Origin: an uncultured Alphaproteobacteria bacterium
Lineage (GTDB): Bacteria > Pseudomonadota > Alphaproteobacteria > Rhodobacterales > Rhodobacteraceae
NCBI GenBank assembly: GCA_963736565.1
Contig: CAVTOW010000002.1
Span: 807,497 to 871,496 of the forward strand
Direction: 5' to 3'
DNA length: 64,000 nt
Shown here: one piece after another, positions 38,002 to 49,713 of the stretch
Numbering within the stretch: the first letter of the stretch is position 1
Layout: every line of letters starts with the position of its first letter
The notes under the pieces: generated by a model
The model's input: the letters and a program-made list of their open reading frames with translations, nothing else
What the model was told of the DNA's origin: nothing
The model's database searches: none
Translations under genes and position numbers: made by a program

Positions 38002-38603
38002 CGACTCCGGTCCGGTCGAATTTCCGTGGCGCGCGAGCCTGGGTTGCCCTGCCAGCAGATCAGAACCGCGAGGTTCTAGCGCGCACTCTGGAGCGTCTTG
38101 GGTTGCAGGTCACCGAACGCGACCCCGACGCCACCGATTTTGTTGCCGGTTCGCAGGATGTGGCCTTTGTCGATTCTGACCAGGATTTCATCGTCCTCGG
38201 TTCTGACATCCCCCACATCGCGTTGATCGGAATGGAAGCCCCGAGCAGGCTCGGGCGCGTGGTACGCCACCGGGCGGCATCGGTGCTGATGAAGCCGGTC
38301 CGCGCAACGGGTGTCTACACGGCACTCTTCCTGGCATTCAACGAACATGCGGTCCGCCAGCGCGAGCTGCTGGACCGCGAAAACCTATCTCGCCGCGCCG
38401 AAGGGCGGCGAGTTGTGGTCAAGGCCATCCTCAAGATCATGAAGGATAACGATCTTTCGGATGACGATGCCTATAGGGAAATGCGCGTTGCCAGCATGGC
38501 ACGACGCATCTCCATCGAAGAATTCGCGGCCCAGATCGTGGCCTCGTCAACGTCCTCCATGCGTCTCGCCGGCACAGCAGCGCATGAGCGGAAAACCAAG
38601 TAA
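37998..38603 (+). CDS. amiR: AmiR-like ANTAR antiterminator
   Basis: Pseudo-receiver domain plus RRVVVKAILKIM..LSDDDAYREMRVASMARRISIEE. Confidence 0.82.
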   Translation: MTTPVRSNFRGARAWVALPADQNREVLARTLERLGLQVTERDPDATDFVAGSQDVAFVDSDQDFIVLGSDIPHIALIGMEAPSRLGRVVRHRAASVLMKPVRATGVYTALFLAFNEHAVRQRELLDRENLSRRAEGRRVVVKAILKIMKDNDLSDDDAYREMRVASMARRISIEEFAAQIVASSTSSMRLAGTAAHERKTK

Positions 38604-38623
38604 CCATGACAAGGAGGACTACG

Positions 38624-39874
38624 ATGCTCAAGGGAAGTCAACTCGGAAAGGCTCTGCGCCTCGGGGTGGCGATTGCCGCTTTGACCGCGTCAGCGGGTCT
38701 GGCGCAGGACGCCATCAAGATCGGCGTGCTGGAGGACCAGTCCGGCGATTTCGCCGCCGCGACCATCGGCAAGGTGCACGCCATCGAGCTCGCGGCCGAG
38801 GAGATCAACAAGGCCGGCGGCATCGCCGGCCGCCCGATCGAACTCGTCGTCTATGACACGCAGTCCGACAACACCCGCTATCAGGAGTTCATGCGCCGCG
38901 TGCTGCAGAAGCGACAAGGTCGACGTGGTCTTCGCCGGCTTCTCGTCGGCCTCGCGCGAGGCCTACCGCCCGATCGTCAACCAGTTCGACGGTCTCGCCT
39001 TCTACAACAACCAGTATGAAGGCGGCGTGTGCGACGCCAACATGATCGTCACGGGCGCGGTGCCGGAGCAGCAGTTCTCCACCCTCATCCCGTGGATGAT
39101 GGAGAAGTACGGCAAGAACGTCTACACGATCGCCGCCGACTACAACTTCGGCCAGATCTCGGCCGAATGGGTGCGCAACATCGTCAAGGAGAACGGCGGC
39201 ACCATGGTCGGCGAGGAGTTCATCCCGCTCGGCGTCTCGCAGTTCTCGCCAGACGATCCAGAACATCCAGACGGCCAAGCCCGACTTCGTGGTGACGCTG
39301 CTGGTGGGCGCCGCGCAGGCCTCCTACTACGAGCAGGCGGCTGCCGCGAACGTGGGCCTGCCGATGGCCTCCTCGGTCAACGTCGGCCAGGGCTACGAGC
39401 ACAAGCGCTTCACGCCGCCGAGCCTCGCCAGACATGTACGTGACCACGAACTACATCGAGGAAGTCGACACGCCCGAGGGCAAGGCCTTCCTCGACAAGT
39501 TCAAGGCCAAGTTCCCGGATGAGCCCTATGTGAACCAGGAAGCGGCGAACTCCTACATCGCCATGAACCTGTACAAGCAGATGGTCGAGCGCGCCGAACG
39601 GCTCGACCAAGCGCGACGACCTCGCGCAAGATCCTGGCCAAGGGCGATGTCTGCTTCGACGGCCCGTCGGGCAAGGTCTGCCTCGATCCGAAGAGCCAGC
39701 ACATGTCGCACACGATCTATCCTCGCCCAGGTCGACGACGGACCACACGATCGAGCTTCCCGAAGGTCTGGGACGGACATCAAGCCCTACTGGCTGGGTG
39801 AGGCCGGCTGCGACCTGACCAAGAACGACCCGAGCGCGCAGTACACGCCGTCCAACCCGCCGCCGAAGAACTGA
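38624..39874 (+). CDS. Urea/short-chain amide ABC substrate-binding protein (UrtA-like, frameshifts)
   Basis: Signal peptide, IKIGVLEDQSG, YNNQYEGG, AADYNFGQ. Confidence 0.82.
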
Positions 39875-39888
39875 TCGGCGCTGACGAT

Positions 39889-39912
39889 CCGGGGGCGGCT
39901 GACCGCCCCCGG
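39889..39912 (+). other. Perfect hairpin after substrate-binding gene (likely mRNA stabiliser)
   Basis: CCGGGGGCGG-CTGA-CCGCCCCCGG with no U-tract. Confidence 0.5.
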
Positions 39913-39985
39913 TCCCATGCCGGCTTCGCCAAGCCGGGCCGATGGCAGGCCCGACACGGGGCAATGCCGACAGGGAGATCGGCGG

Positions 39986-40870
39986 ATGCTTGTCGAGCTT
40001 CGTTTTCGCATCGCTCTACCAGTTCGGCGACGCCTTCGCCTTCCTCGTGCTCGCGGCGATGCGGGCTGGCCGTCATCTTCGGCATGATGGGGGTCATCAA
40101 CCTCGCCCATGGCGAGTTCATCATGTGCGGGGCCTATGTCACCGTCTTCGCCGTGCGCGCGGGCCTGCCGCTTGCCGCTCGCCATTCTCTGCGGCAGCCT
40201 GGTCGCCGGGCTCGTCGGCATCGTGCTCGAGCGGCTGGTGATGCAGGCATCTCTATCACGCGACCGCTCGACTCGATCGTCGCCACCTGGGGCGTCAGCC
40301 TGATCGCCACGCAAGGCATGCTGATCCTGCTTCGGGTCCACCATGCAGGGGGTCGGCACGCCGCTCGGCAGCTTCACCGTCGGCGGGCTATTCCTATTCC
40401 TACCTACCGCGCTGGTGCTGATCGCCGTCGCCGTCCTGCGTGCTGGTGCTGCTCTATCTGCTCTTCAACAAGACGCGCTTCGGCGTCCTCGCCCGCGCCA
40501 CGATCCAGGTGCCGCACATGGCCAGTGCGCTCGGCGTCGACACCGGCCGGGTCTACACCCTGACCTTCGGCCTCGGCGCGGCGCTCGCCGGGCCTGCACC
40601 GGCGGGCTCTATGCGCCGACCATGACGCTGGTGCCGACGATGGGCGCGACCTTCATCGTGGAGAGCCTTCGTCACCGTCGTGGTCGGCGGCGGCGACGTC
40701 TTCCTCGGCACGGCACCGGCGGCCGCCATTCTGGCGGTCGATCAAGGCGGGCCTGACCTCCTGGCAGGGCCAGCTCTTCGGCCAGATCGGCCTGCTCGAT
40801 CGCCGTCATCATCGTCATCCGGGTGCTGCCCGGGCGGCATCTCCGGCTGGATCTTGAGGGACGCAAATGA
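39986..40870 (+). CDS. ABC permease (UrtB/LivH-like, frameshifts)
   Basis: GLAVIFGMMGVINLAHGEFIM, IVATWGVSL. Confidence 0.78.
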
Positions 40871-42007
40871 CGGGCAGGAGGGAATTCGGGCTTGAGCCTG
40901 GGCCGTCGCTGGTCGACTCGACACCGCGTCGCAACGCAGCACCGTCGCGCTGTGGCTGTCGCAGCTCGAGGGCCCGCAGACGATGGGCGGGGGCGGGCCT
41001 TCTGGCTCGCCTTCGGCTCGCCGTGCTGGCGGCGGTGATCTATCCGCTGTTCGTCGACGGCTACACGGTCGGCAACAGCGTCGTACTTCCTTGATCTGGA
41101 CCTTCATGGCCATGGGACTCGCGCTCATCTGGGGCTATGGCGGCTCGCTCTCCTTCGGCCAGACCGCCTTCTTCGGCGCTGGCGGGCTACGGCTACGGCA
41201 TCCTCACGCATCAACTTCGGCGCGGCCTATGGCTTCACGCTCGCTCGCGCGTGGTGCTCGCCGTGGTGATCGCGGCGCTGTTCGCGGCGGTGCTGGGCTA
41301 CTTCCTGTTCTACGGCCGGATCAGCGGCGTCTTCCTCGGCATCGTCACGCTGTCGGTCACGCTGGTCGTTCGAGCGCTTCATGGCGCAGACGGCGGGCCC
41401 GGAATGGGCGGATCGGCACGGCCCGCCTCAACGGCTTCAACGGCATGCGCGGCATGCCGCCGCTCACCATCCCCTGGCCGGCGGCGACATCGTGCTCTAT
41501 GCCGGATGTCGCGCTCTATTACGTGGTGCTGGGCCTGATGCATCGTCGTCTATCTCGGCCTCCGGATGCTTGTGAACTCGCGCTTCGGCAACGTGCTCGT
41601 CGCGATCCGCGAGAACCCCGAGCGGGCCGAGATGCTGGGCTACGACGTGCGCAAGTACCAGCTCGCCGCCTTCGTCATCGGCGGCGCGCTCGCGGGCCTG
41701 TCGCGGCGTGCTCTACACCGCCTGGGGCCAGTACATCACGCCCGTCCACCATGGGCATCACGGCGGCGGCGCTGCCGGTCATCTGGGTGGCGGTCGGCGG
41801 CCGCATCGGACCTGACCGCCACGCTCATCGGCACGCTCTGGTCGTGCTCTCGCTCTTCCAGGCGCTGACCATCTACGGCAGCCAGTATGCGCTCGTGGTC
41901 ATGGGGCTGCTCCTTGTCGTCACGGTGCTGTTTGCGCCCGAAGGGCTCGTCTGCACCTTGGCGCTGGCATCGGCGCGCTCTGAAGCCGGCAGGGGGGCCG
42001 GCCATGA
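40867..42007 (+). CDS. ABC permease (UrtC/LivM-like, frameshifts)
   Basis: IWGYGGSLSFGQTAFFG, AIRENPERAEMLGY. Confidence 0.75.
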
Positions 42008-42738
42008 TCGCTGCTCGAAACCAACGGCCTCAGCAAGCAGTTCGGCGGCCTCCACGTCGCACGCAGACGTCGACTTCACGCGTCGAGGCCGGCGAGATCC
42101 ACTGCCTGATCGGCCCGAATGGGGCCGGCAAGAGTCACGCTTCTTCCGCCTGATCCTCGGCGAGCACCGGCCCGACAGCGGGCAGCATCCTGTTCCGAGG
42201 GCGAGGACATCACCGGCGCTGCACGTCGTTCGAGCGCATCCGCCGCGGCATGAGCGTCAAGTTCCAGGTGCCCGGCATCTTCACGGCGCTGACCGTGCGG
42301 CAGAACCTGGAGATCGCGCTCCAGCACCACTTGCACGGCCACCGATGCTGGACGGCGAGATCGACCGGCGTGCTCGGCCTTCGCCGAGCTGGAGCCGGTG
42401 GCCGACCAGGCAGGCCGGCACCTCAGCCACGGCCATCAAGCAATGGCTGGAGATCGGCATGGCGATCGGCGTCGAGCCACAGCTTCTGCTGCTCGACGAG
42501 CCGACCGCCGGCATGTCGCCGGAGGAGACCCACGCACACGGGCGAGATGCGTGCAGCAGCTCAATGCCGAGGGCATCACGATCCTCGCGGTCGAGCACGA
42601 CATGACCTTCGTGCGGCAGATCGCCCACCGGGTCACGGTGCTGCATTTCGGCGCGATCTTCGCGGAAGGGACGAGTCGACGAGATCGTCGCCGACGAGCG
42701 GCGTCGCCGACATCTATCTCGGGAGCGTCCATGGATGA
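42004..42738 (+). CDS. ABC ATPase (UrtD/LivG-like, frameshifts)
   Basis: IGPNGAGKS, QWLEIGM, LLLDEPTAGMS. Confidence 0.78.
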
Positions 42739-43452
42739 GCGACATCCTCGAACGTCGCAGGACCTGCGCGCCGGCTATGGCGGCAAGCCCGTGCTGCAGG
42801 GCGTGACCTCAGCGTCGGCGAGGGCGAGATCGTCGCCGTCATCGGCCGCAACGGCGTCGGCAAGACGCACGCTGATGAAGACGCTCATCGGTCTGCATGC
42901 GGCACCGTGTCGGGCAGATCAGTTTCGGCGGCCGCGACGTCGACGGCTCGAGCCGCCGACCGGCCCGCGCGCGGCTCGGCATCGGCTACGTCCCGCAGGG
43001 CCGCGACGTCTTCCCGCGCATGACGGTGCGGGAGAACCTGCTGGTCGGCGAGGCGGCATGCGCGGCCGCGCGACGCCGGACTATGACAAGGTCTACGAGC
43101 TCTTCCCGATCCTGAAGGAGCGCGCCCGCCAGCGTGCCGGCACCCTGTCGGGCGGCCAGCAGCAGCAGCTCGCCATCGGCCGCGCGCTGATCGGCGGGCC
43201 CGACGATGATGCTGCTCGACGAGCCGTCCGAGGGCATCCAGCCCTCGATCGTGCAGGAGATCGCCCGCATCATCGAGCGGCTTCAACGCGGAGACCGGGC
43301 ATGACCGTTCTCTTCGTCGAGCAGAACCTCGACCTGATCCGTCGCCATCGCGCAGCGCGGCTACGTCATGGACAAGGGCCGCATCGTCGCCGAGCTCGAC
43401 CCGCATGACATCTGAACGACCGCGACAACGTCGAAAGTATCTCTCCGTCTGA
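42731..43452 (+). CDS. ABC ATPase (UrtE/LivF-like, frameshifts)
   Basis: GRNGVGK, YVPQGRDVFP, LSGGQQQQLAIGRAL, VEQN. Confidence 0.78.
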
Positions 43453-43486
43453 ACAGTTCGTGACAAGAGAAACGAGGAGAAGAGAA

Positions 43487-44487
43487 ATGGGCTGGCTCGA
43501 ACATTCGATCATGGCGCGCAAGGGCGTCGCCAAGGGCAAGGTCACCAAGAGCACACGATCATGACCGAGGCCGACCAGGGCAAGTACCACTACGTCTACG
43601 GCCCTTACGCGAAGCCCGGTGCTGCAGCGTCGATCCCGGCGCGCGAGATCTCGGTCGAGACGCATGACGCCTTCGAGGGCGCGATCAAGAGCGAGAAGCG
43701 ACGAGCCCATCCGAGATCCTGAACTTCCCCTATCCTCAACCCGCAGAACGGCCCGATCTATCGTGAACGGGGCGGAGAAGGGCGACTGCCTCGCCGTCTA
43801 CATCAAGTCGATCAGGCCGCGCGGACCGCAGCCCGTCGGCACCACCTGCCTCATCCCGGAATTCGGCGGCCTCGTCGGCACCGGCGAAACCGCGATGCTG
43901 AACACGCCCCTGCCGGAGATCGTCAAGAAGGTCGACGTCGACCGAGAACGGCGTCAAGTGGATCGACAAGATCACGCTGCCCTACGAGCCCTTCATCGGC
44001 ACGATCGGCACCTCGCCCGGAGATCGAGGCGATCACCTCGCTGCAGCCCGACTATTACGGCGGCAACATGGACCTGCCGGACGTGGCGCCGGGGCCGATC
44101 ATCTATCTGCCGGTGAACGCGCCGGGTGCCTGCTCTATCTCGGCGACTGCCACGCGGCGCAGGGCGACGGCGAGCTCTGCGGCGTCGCCATCGAGCATCC
44201 CGGCCACCGTCGAGTTGCAGGTCGACCTGATCAAGGGCTGGACTATCACCTGGCCGCGGCTGGAGAACGAGAACGTCATCATGACCATCGGCACCGCCCG
44301 CCCGATGGAGGATGCCGCCCGCATCGCCTATCGGGAGCTGGTGCGCTGGATGGCGCCGGAATTCGGCTTCGACGAGCTCGAGGCCTACATGCTGCTCACC
44401 CAGGCCGGCAGGGTACGGCTCGGCAACATGGTCGACCCGAAGTACACGATCGGGACAGGCATCGCGAAAAAGCTCATCGGGCTGTGA
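43487..44487 (+). CDS. Acetamidase/formamidase (FmdA_AmdA) family (frameshifts)
   Basis: NPQNGP, GAEKGDCLAV, YGGNMDLPD, GDCHAAQGDGE-type motif, GNMVDPKY. Confidence 0.82.
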
Positions 44488-44650
44488 CTGCGGCCGGGCT
44501 GCCGTGGACGGATCTCACTGGCAGCTCGGTGCGTGCAGGTACGGCTTGGGCAGTTCAGGCTGAGCGCCTACGGCTATGTGAGAGGAACAAGTTGACTCGT
44601 CTTTTCCCCTAAATCCCTTATCGCACGGGTATAACTATATAATTAGTAGG

Positions 44651-44947
44651 GTGAAAAGCCTTGTAGCGCGCATCGAAGGGGACCAACCGGGCACCGTTGA
44701 GCTAGCAAGCCAGTTTATTCTGACAATGCCCGAGGATTTGATCATTGCCGTGAGCGGTGCCCAGCAGATGGACGACGCGGCGCACGTGGCCTACAGGGAA
44801 CTGATATGCGGGACAGTGTCGGACTACGGCTTTGAGGAAAGCGAGGCCTATTTCCTGTGCACGCAGGCCGGGAAGATGCGCGTGGGCAACATGGTGGACC
44901 CGAAATACTCACTGGGTGCGTCGATGCTGAAAACTTATCTGGGGTGA
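44651..44947 (+). pseudogene. C-terminal remnant of a second acetamidase/formamidase paralogue
   Basis: MDDAAHVAYREL..EAYFLCTQAGKMRVGNMVDPKY aligns with the C-terminus of the upstream gene. Confidence 0.75.
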
Positions 44948-44956
44948 GGGGCTGAC

Positions 44957-45717
44957 ATGGATCTGGGATTGAAGGGGCTGAACGCCCTCGTGACGGGCGG
45001 CAGCAAGGGTATCGGGCGGCACTGTGCGAGATTCTGGCCGCCGAAGGCGCGAACGTGTCGATCTGCGCGCGTGACCAGAAGGGCGTGACCGAGGCGGTCG
45101 AGGCGATGAAGGGGCATGGAACCCAGGTAATCGGTCAATCGGTCAATGTAGCTGACAAGAATGCACTGGAAGTCTGGGTCAAGGACAGTGCGGCGGCACT
45201 GGGTGGGATCGACATCGTCGTCGCCAATGTCTCGGCGCTGGCAGTGGCGGATGACGAAGCCGCCTGGGTCGCGGGCTTTGACACCGACATGATGCATTCC
45301 GTGCGGCTGGTGAATGCGGCAATGCCGTGGCTCGAGCGGTCGAAAGCCGCCTCCATCACGCTCATCTCATCGGTATCGGGGCGCGAGATCGACTTTACCG
45401 GCCCCGCTTATGGTGCGTTCAAGGCTGCTCTGGTGCACTACGCGCAGGGGCTTGCGTACAAGCTGGCAGGCAAGGGCATCCGGGCCAATACGGTGTCGCC
45501 CGGCAACACCTATTTCGACGGCGGCATCTGGCAGTGGATCGAGAACAACAACGCCGACCTGTTTGCCGAAGCGATGCGATTGAACCCCACAGGGCGGATG
45601 GCACGGCCGGAAGAAATCGCGCGGGGCGTGGTGTTCCTGGCCTCGCCCGCCTCGAGCTTCACTACCGGCACAAACCTCGTCATAGACGGCGCGCTTACCA
45701 AGGGCGTGCAGCTTTAG
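44957..45717 (+). CDS. SDR oxidoreductase (one frameshift near 45030)
   Basis: VTGGSKGIG, YGAFKA, RANTVSPG, GTNLVIDG. Confidence 0.85.
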
Positions 45718-45792
45718 GGGTCCGGCAGAGAAAACGGACGTGGGTCTAGGGGCCGGGTAGCGCTCGGGCATGACCCGACGCGGTGCGCGTCA

Positions 45793-46285
45793 TGTGTGGA
45801 CGGCTCCGTTTGTGCAAGGATTGATTTGAGCTTCTGTTGATCTTGCGGGGTGCGGTCATGTGTCCGGCCTGTTGGCGCGGTGCATGTGACCGCTGGCCCT
45901 GATGAAGTCCGCATACCGGGTCCCGATCAGACAATCGAGCTGAGACGCCCTGGCAGCACCTCGGGGTGTCCCGGTAGCGGTCCCGTTTGATCATCATCAC
46001 TCACGTCTGCCCTTGCATTCAGGTGTGACAGCCGATGGCTGCCGCTGTTCGGGTAAGTTCAAGCCATTGCAGAGGCTCGGTAGTCTTCTTGGCGCACCAG
46101 CATGGCCCAGGCGGTGCGCGCGGTCTTGTTGGCAATGGCAACGGTGACGAGCCGGGTCGGTTTGCGCCCCAGGAGGGACCGCACCCAGGCGCCCGTTCGG
46201 GTGTCTGTGGTTTCGGCCCTTCGGGTCACGGAGGTCGCGCCGACGACCAGCAAGCGTCGCAGATAGCCGTTGCCCATCAGCGATG
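45793..46285 (-). mobile_element. IS110/IS1111-family remnant: transposase C-terminus plus long 3' non-coding region and right end
   Basis: MGNGYLRRLLVVGA..VAIANKTARTAWAML (stop at 46059), then about 265 nt ending in TTGCAC..GGAGCCGTCCACACA. Confidence 0.8.
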
Positions 46286-46634
46286 ATTTCGGGGCTCGCT
46301 CTCGAAGTAGCTGAATGTGGAACGTTGGCTGAACAAGGCAGGCTAGCTGGGCGCTATACCGCCTCTCGTCAAGTTTCTGACAGAACCCTCGGCTCAGTCT
46401 GGGCAGGACAGCGACCCCTTCGCTCTCGCTAGTCCTTACACTAATGAGTCCGCGAGCATTTCGGGTTTTGTGGCCTCGTCGGCGCCCCAATGCGCCCATC
46501 GCGCACGAAGACAACCGTAAAACGGGACCGCGGTGCTTTCTGCCGCGATCGCCAGTGCCAAGTTTAGCCTCCCGCTTGCCAAGCCGACTGGCTGTTATTT
46601 GTGCGTACCTTGACCCCAACTAGGGTTCTCAGCG

Positions 46635-47108
46635 CTACGCCTTGCCCAGATGTCGTGGCCAAAATTCCCGGTGGACTTCGGCGGCCTCGTCCTCGAGATC
46701 CGTTGGACCGAAAACCTCGACCACGCGCGCACCGGTCTGGAGCACGTGCCGGCTCGGCACGTTCAATCCGATCCCGGCGATTTCGCCGAGCCGCGTCTCC
46801 GAGCAGGCGAAGACGACCCGCCCGACACCCGACCAGTAGATCGCGCCGGAGCACATCGCGCAGGGCTCGGTGCTTGAATAGAGGGTGCAGTCGATCAGAA
46901 AGGCTGGGTCGCAGTGCTGGGCCGCAAGCTTCACCAAGTTCATCTCGGCATGGTTGGTCATGTCGCGGCCACTGAAGACGCTGTTCTCCGCTCGCAGGAT
47001 GACCTGTCCGTCCTTGACAAGGACCGCGCCAAAGGGCTCGTTACCATGGTCAACCGCGGATTTCGAAAGCGCAATCGCCTCGCGCAGAAAGGTGCCGTGC
47101 TTATCCAT
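46635..47108 (-). CDS. Nucleoside/nucleobase deaminase (CDA-like fold)
   Basis: PFGAVLV, HAE, STEPCAMC. Confidence 0.85.
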   Translation of the reverse strand: MDKHGTFLREAIALSKSAVDHGNEPFGAVLVKDGQVILRAENSVFSGRDMTNHAEMNLVKLAAQHCDPAFLIDCTLYSSTEPCAMCSGAIYWSGVGRVVFACSETRLGEIAGIGLNVPSRHVLQTGARVVEVFGPTDLEDEAAEVHREFWPRHLGKA

Positions 47109-47277
47109 CGGAAGCCTCGAGGTAACCTAGCGACCCTCAGGGTACTGCGAGTATCGGGATTCTCCTAGTGTGCGGGGTCAGGCATCAGCGCCCGAATGCG
47201 GCTTCGCAGGGAGGGCTGATCACCAAAAACCGCATCGCGGTTCGCCCGATCATCTCCTCAACCTTCCGATCGACAGG

Positions 47278-47658
47278 TCACGCAACGATTTTCCAATAGG
47301 AATCCTTCCTGCTCACCTTTCCGTGTTGAAAAGTGTAGAAGTCGCATCCTCGCACACAAACCTTCTGTCCCTGAATTGTCGTGCCAGTCAGCAGCCATTT
47401 CGACATGCCCGTATCGCCACAGACGAAATGCTCGACGTCTCCGTAATGGACGTCTGGCGTCGCGTCGAACCGGGACATGATCCCCCGTCGCACGGCATCG
47501 CGTCCGACGCATCGAGTTCCATGTTCCTCAGGACCTCGGGGCAGATCGAGCCTGCAATCATCAGCAAAGAAAGCCATGATCGCCTCAATGTCATGAGCAT
47601 TGAATTCTCTCGCCAAACCTTCAAGCAACGCCAAGACTTTGTGTTCTTCAGTTTTCAT
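47278..47658 (-). CDS. SnoaL/NTF2-like protein
   Basis: FNAHDIEAIMAFFADD, VRGCDFYTF..KDSYWK; GGAGG RBS. Confidence 0.8.
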   Translation of the reverse strand: MKTEEHKVLALLEGLAREFNAHDIEAIMAFFADDCRLDLPRGPEEHGTRCVGRDAVRRGIMSRFDATPDVHYGDVEHFVCGDTGMSKWLLTGTTIQGQKVCVRGCDFYTFQHGKVSRKDSYWKIVA

Positions 47659-47898
47659 TCTGTCCTCCCAGGTCGTCCCGACGGCTGATCTCAGGTTCCG
47701 AGTGTATCCGAAGCGCGGGCGAGCGCCGAGGTTCAAAGTCGTTCAAGTTGATGCTACGACCATTCCCGTCTCGCTGGTCAACTTGGTCGACCCGCGCCCT
47801 CGATATCTTCGACATCAGTCGCGGGCCGCGGACCGCGGAGATCGGAGGTCGGTCGGACCAGAGTCCACCTCAAACTGGATTCGGCAGAGGGGGCAACG

Positions 47899-48030
47899 TC
47901 AAGGGGACTGTGACTGTTCGGCCTCGAGAGTTGGAAAGAAGCCTTCAAATCTTCCGGGCGTCATCACGATCATCAGCCGGCCCGGCGCATCGCCGACATT
48001 CTGGAAGGGGTGTAGCCCAGAGAAGAGGAA
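47899..48030 (-). pseudogene. Cupin fragment
   Basis: HPFQNVGDAPGRLMIVMTPGRFEGFF with no intact start. Confidence 0.45.
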
Positions 48031-48181
48031 GTGTGGGGCACAGTCTGCTAATCCCGCTCGGCGATCTTGGTTGCGACTTGGCAGTTGTTGCCGGGCGCAT
48101 GTAACGCTCAGCACCACGTTTGAGTGATCTCCGTAGGGATACTGCGAATAGGTGACGGCGGAATTGCTTACGCTCATCACA

Positions 48182-49690
48182 TCACCCGGTTCCTTGAAAC
48201 GACGCCTCTATGCGGCACTCTAGACCCTCGGGCTGGAAATCCAGCGTGGCAGCGCCATTCAGTTCTGAAGCCAGTCCATGTTCGAGCATCACGGTTCCGA
48301 ACCCCCGCCGCGATGGTGTGACAACAACCGGACCGCCGCGTTCCCGCCAAATAATCTCCAATCGCCGGTCAGGCAACGGCGTCCAGAGAAGGGACACAGT
48401 GCCGCCCTCGACCGAGAGCGCACCATATTTCAATGCGTTGGTCTGAAGCTCATGCAGCGCCAGTGCCACGGCCAGCGCCTGCTTCGGCGCCAGGAGAAAA
48501 GCGGGACCATCAATCACGATGCTGCCCAGGCTTGTGGGGACGCTAGTCAGGACATCCTTCGCAAGCTCCTGCAGCTGCGTGCATTCCCAGTTCACGCCGG
48601 ACAAGATGTCATGCGCTCTGGCGAGGACCTGAAGGCGCCCCAGGAACGTTGAGACTGATGCTAGGCCGCGATCGGACCTGAATGTCTGCTGGGCGATCGC
48701 CTGGACAACCGCCAATGAGTTCTTCACGCGATGGTTCAACTCAGCCAGCATAAGCTCGCGCTGGCGGTTGATGCTCTCCTGTTCGGTGATGTCGACATTC
48801 ACCCCGACCATACCGAGGAAGCTGCCATCATGGGCGTATCGCGGTCGCGCTTCCGTTTCCAGCAAACGCCACTCACCGCGCCAGTTGGCATAGCGACCGC
48901 GCAGGTGCACCGGTTCCCCCAGCGCGGCGGCATTTGCCATTTGCGTCAGGACGCGCTCCGCGTCCTCGGGATGTATTGTTGAAGCGAACTCGAATTGGTC
49001 CAGCCCGTCCTCTGCGACGTTCCAGAAATCACGTGCGAGCCGGTTCAGTTGTTCGCAATGCCCCAGCGGATCGCTCATCCAGATCATGATCGGGGCTTCT
49101 TCCGTCATCTGGCGGAACCGGGCCTCGGAGAACTTCAGGTCTGACAGCGCGGCCTGGCGGGAGGCCTCGGCCCTGGCGCGTCCGATACTGAACCCAAGTT
49201 GCCGGGCGATTGTCACCGCCAGAGACCGCGACTCGGGATCAAAGGTGTGCCGCTCGGCATAATAGGTCATGAACTTGCCGATCACCTGGCCTTCCATGGT
49301 CAGTGGCACAAAACCTAGGCTCACGATGCCTTCGGCGCAGATCTCACGCTTGATCCAGTCGGGCTCGTCCGTCTCGTTGATGTCTGAAACAAAGATCGGA
49401 GCGGGATCCCGGTCCCCCGGCCGCCACGGTGTGTGACCAGTCAGTTTTTTGACATAGCGATCCGATAGTCCCCGCCAGGCTACAAACCGCATGACCCCGT
49501 CGTCGTCGAAGAGCAGGATCGATGCCATCTGGCAGCGCAGAGTCCGGGTGATTGCGTCGAGCGCCGAGGCATAAACGTCTTCAACCGACCGGGCGTGATA
49601 GATCGCGTCCGTAAACTCGTAAAGCGCTTGGAGTTCCTCGGAGGTCGAGAACAACTCAACCCGCTGCCGGCGTTCAGCCAATCGAGACAC
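48182..49690 (-). CDS. GAF-PAS-HWE histidine kinase
   Basis: ELNHRVKN, HELQTNALKYGALS, WRERGGP, GFG. Confidence 0.9.
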   Translation of the reverse strand: MSRLAERRQRVELFSTSEELQALYEFTDAIYHARSVEDVYASALDAITRTLRCQMASILLFDDDGVMRFVAWRGLSDRYVKKLTGHTPWRPGDRDPAPIFVSDINETDEPDWIKREICAEGIVSLGFVPLTMEGQVIGKFMTYYAERHTFDPESRSLAVTIARQLGFSIGRARAEASRQAALSDLKFSEARFRQMTEEAPIMIWMSDPLGHCEQLNRLARDFWNVAEDGLDQFEFASTIHPEDAERVLTQMANAAALGEPVHLRGRYANWRGEWRLLETEARPRYAHDGSFLGMVGVNVDITEQESINRQRELMLAELNHRVKNSLAVVQAIAQQTFRSDRGLASVSTFLGRLQVLARAHDILSGVNWECTQLQELAKDVLTSVPTSLGSIVIDGPAFLLAPKQALAVALALHELQTNALKYGALSVEGGTVSLLWTPLPDRRLEIIWRERGGPVVVTPSRRGFGTVMLEHGLASELNGAATLDFQPEGLECRIEASFQGTG

Positions 49691-49713
49691 CTCAGACTAA
49701 AGTTAACTTTTCA

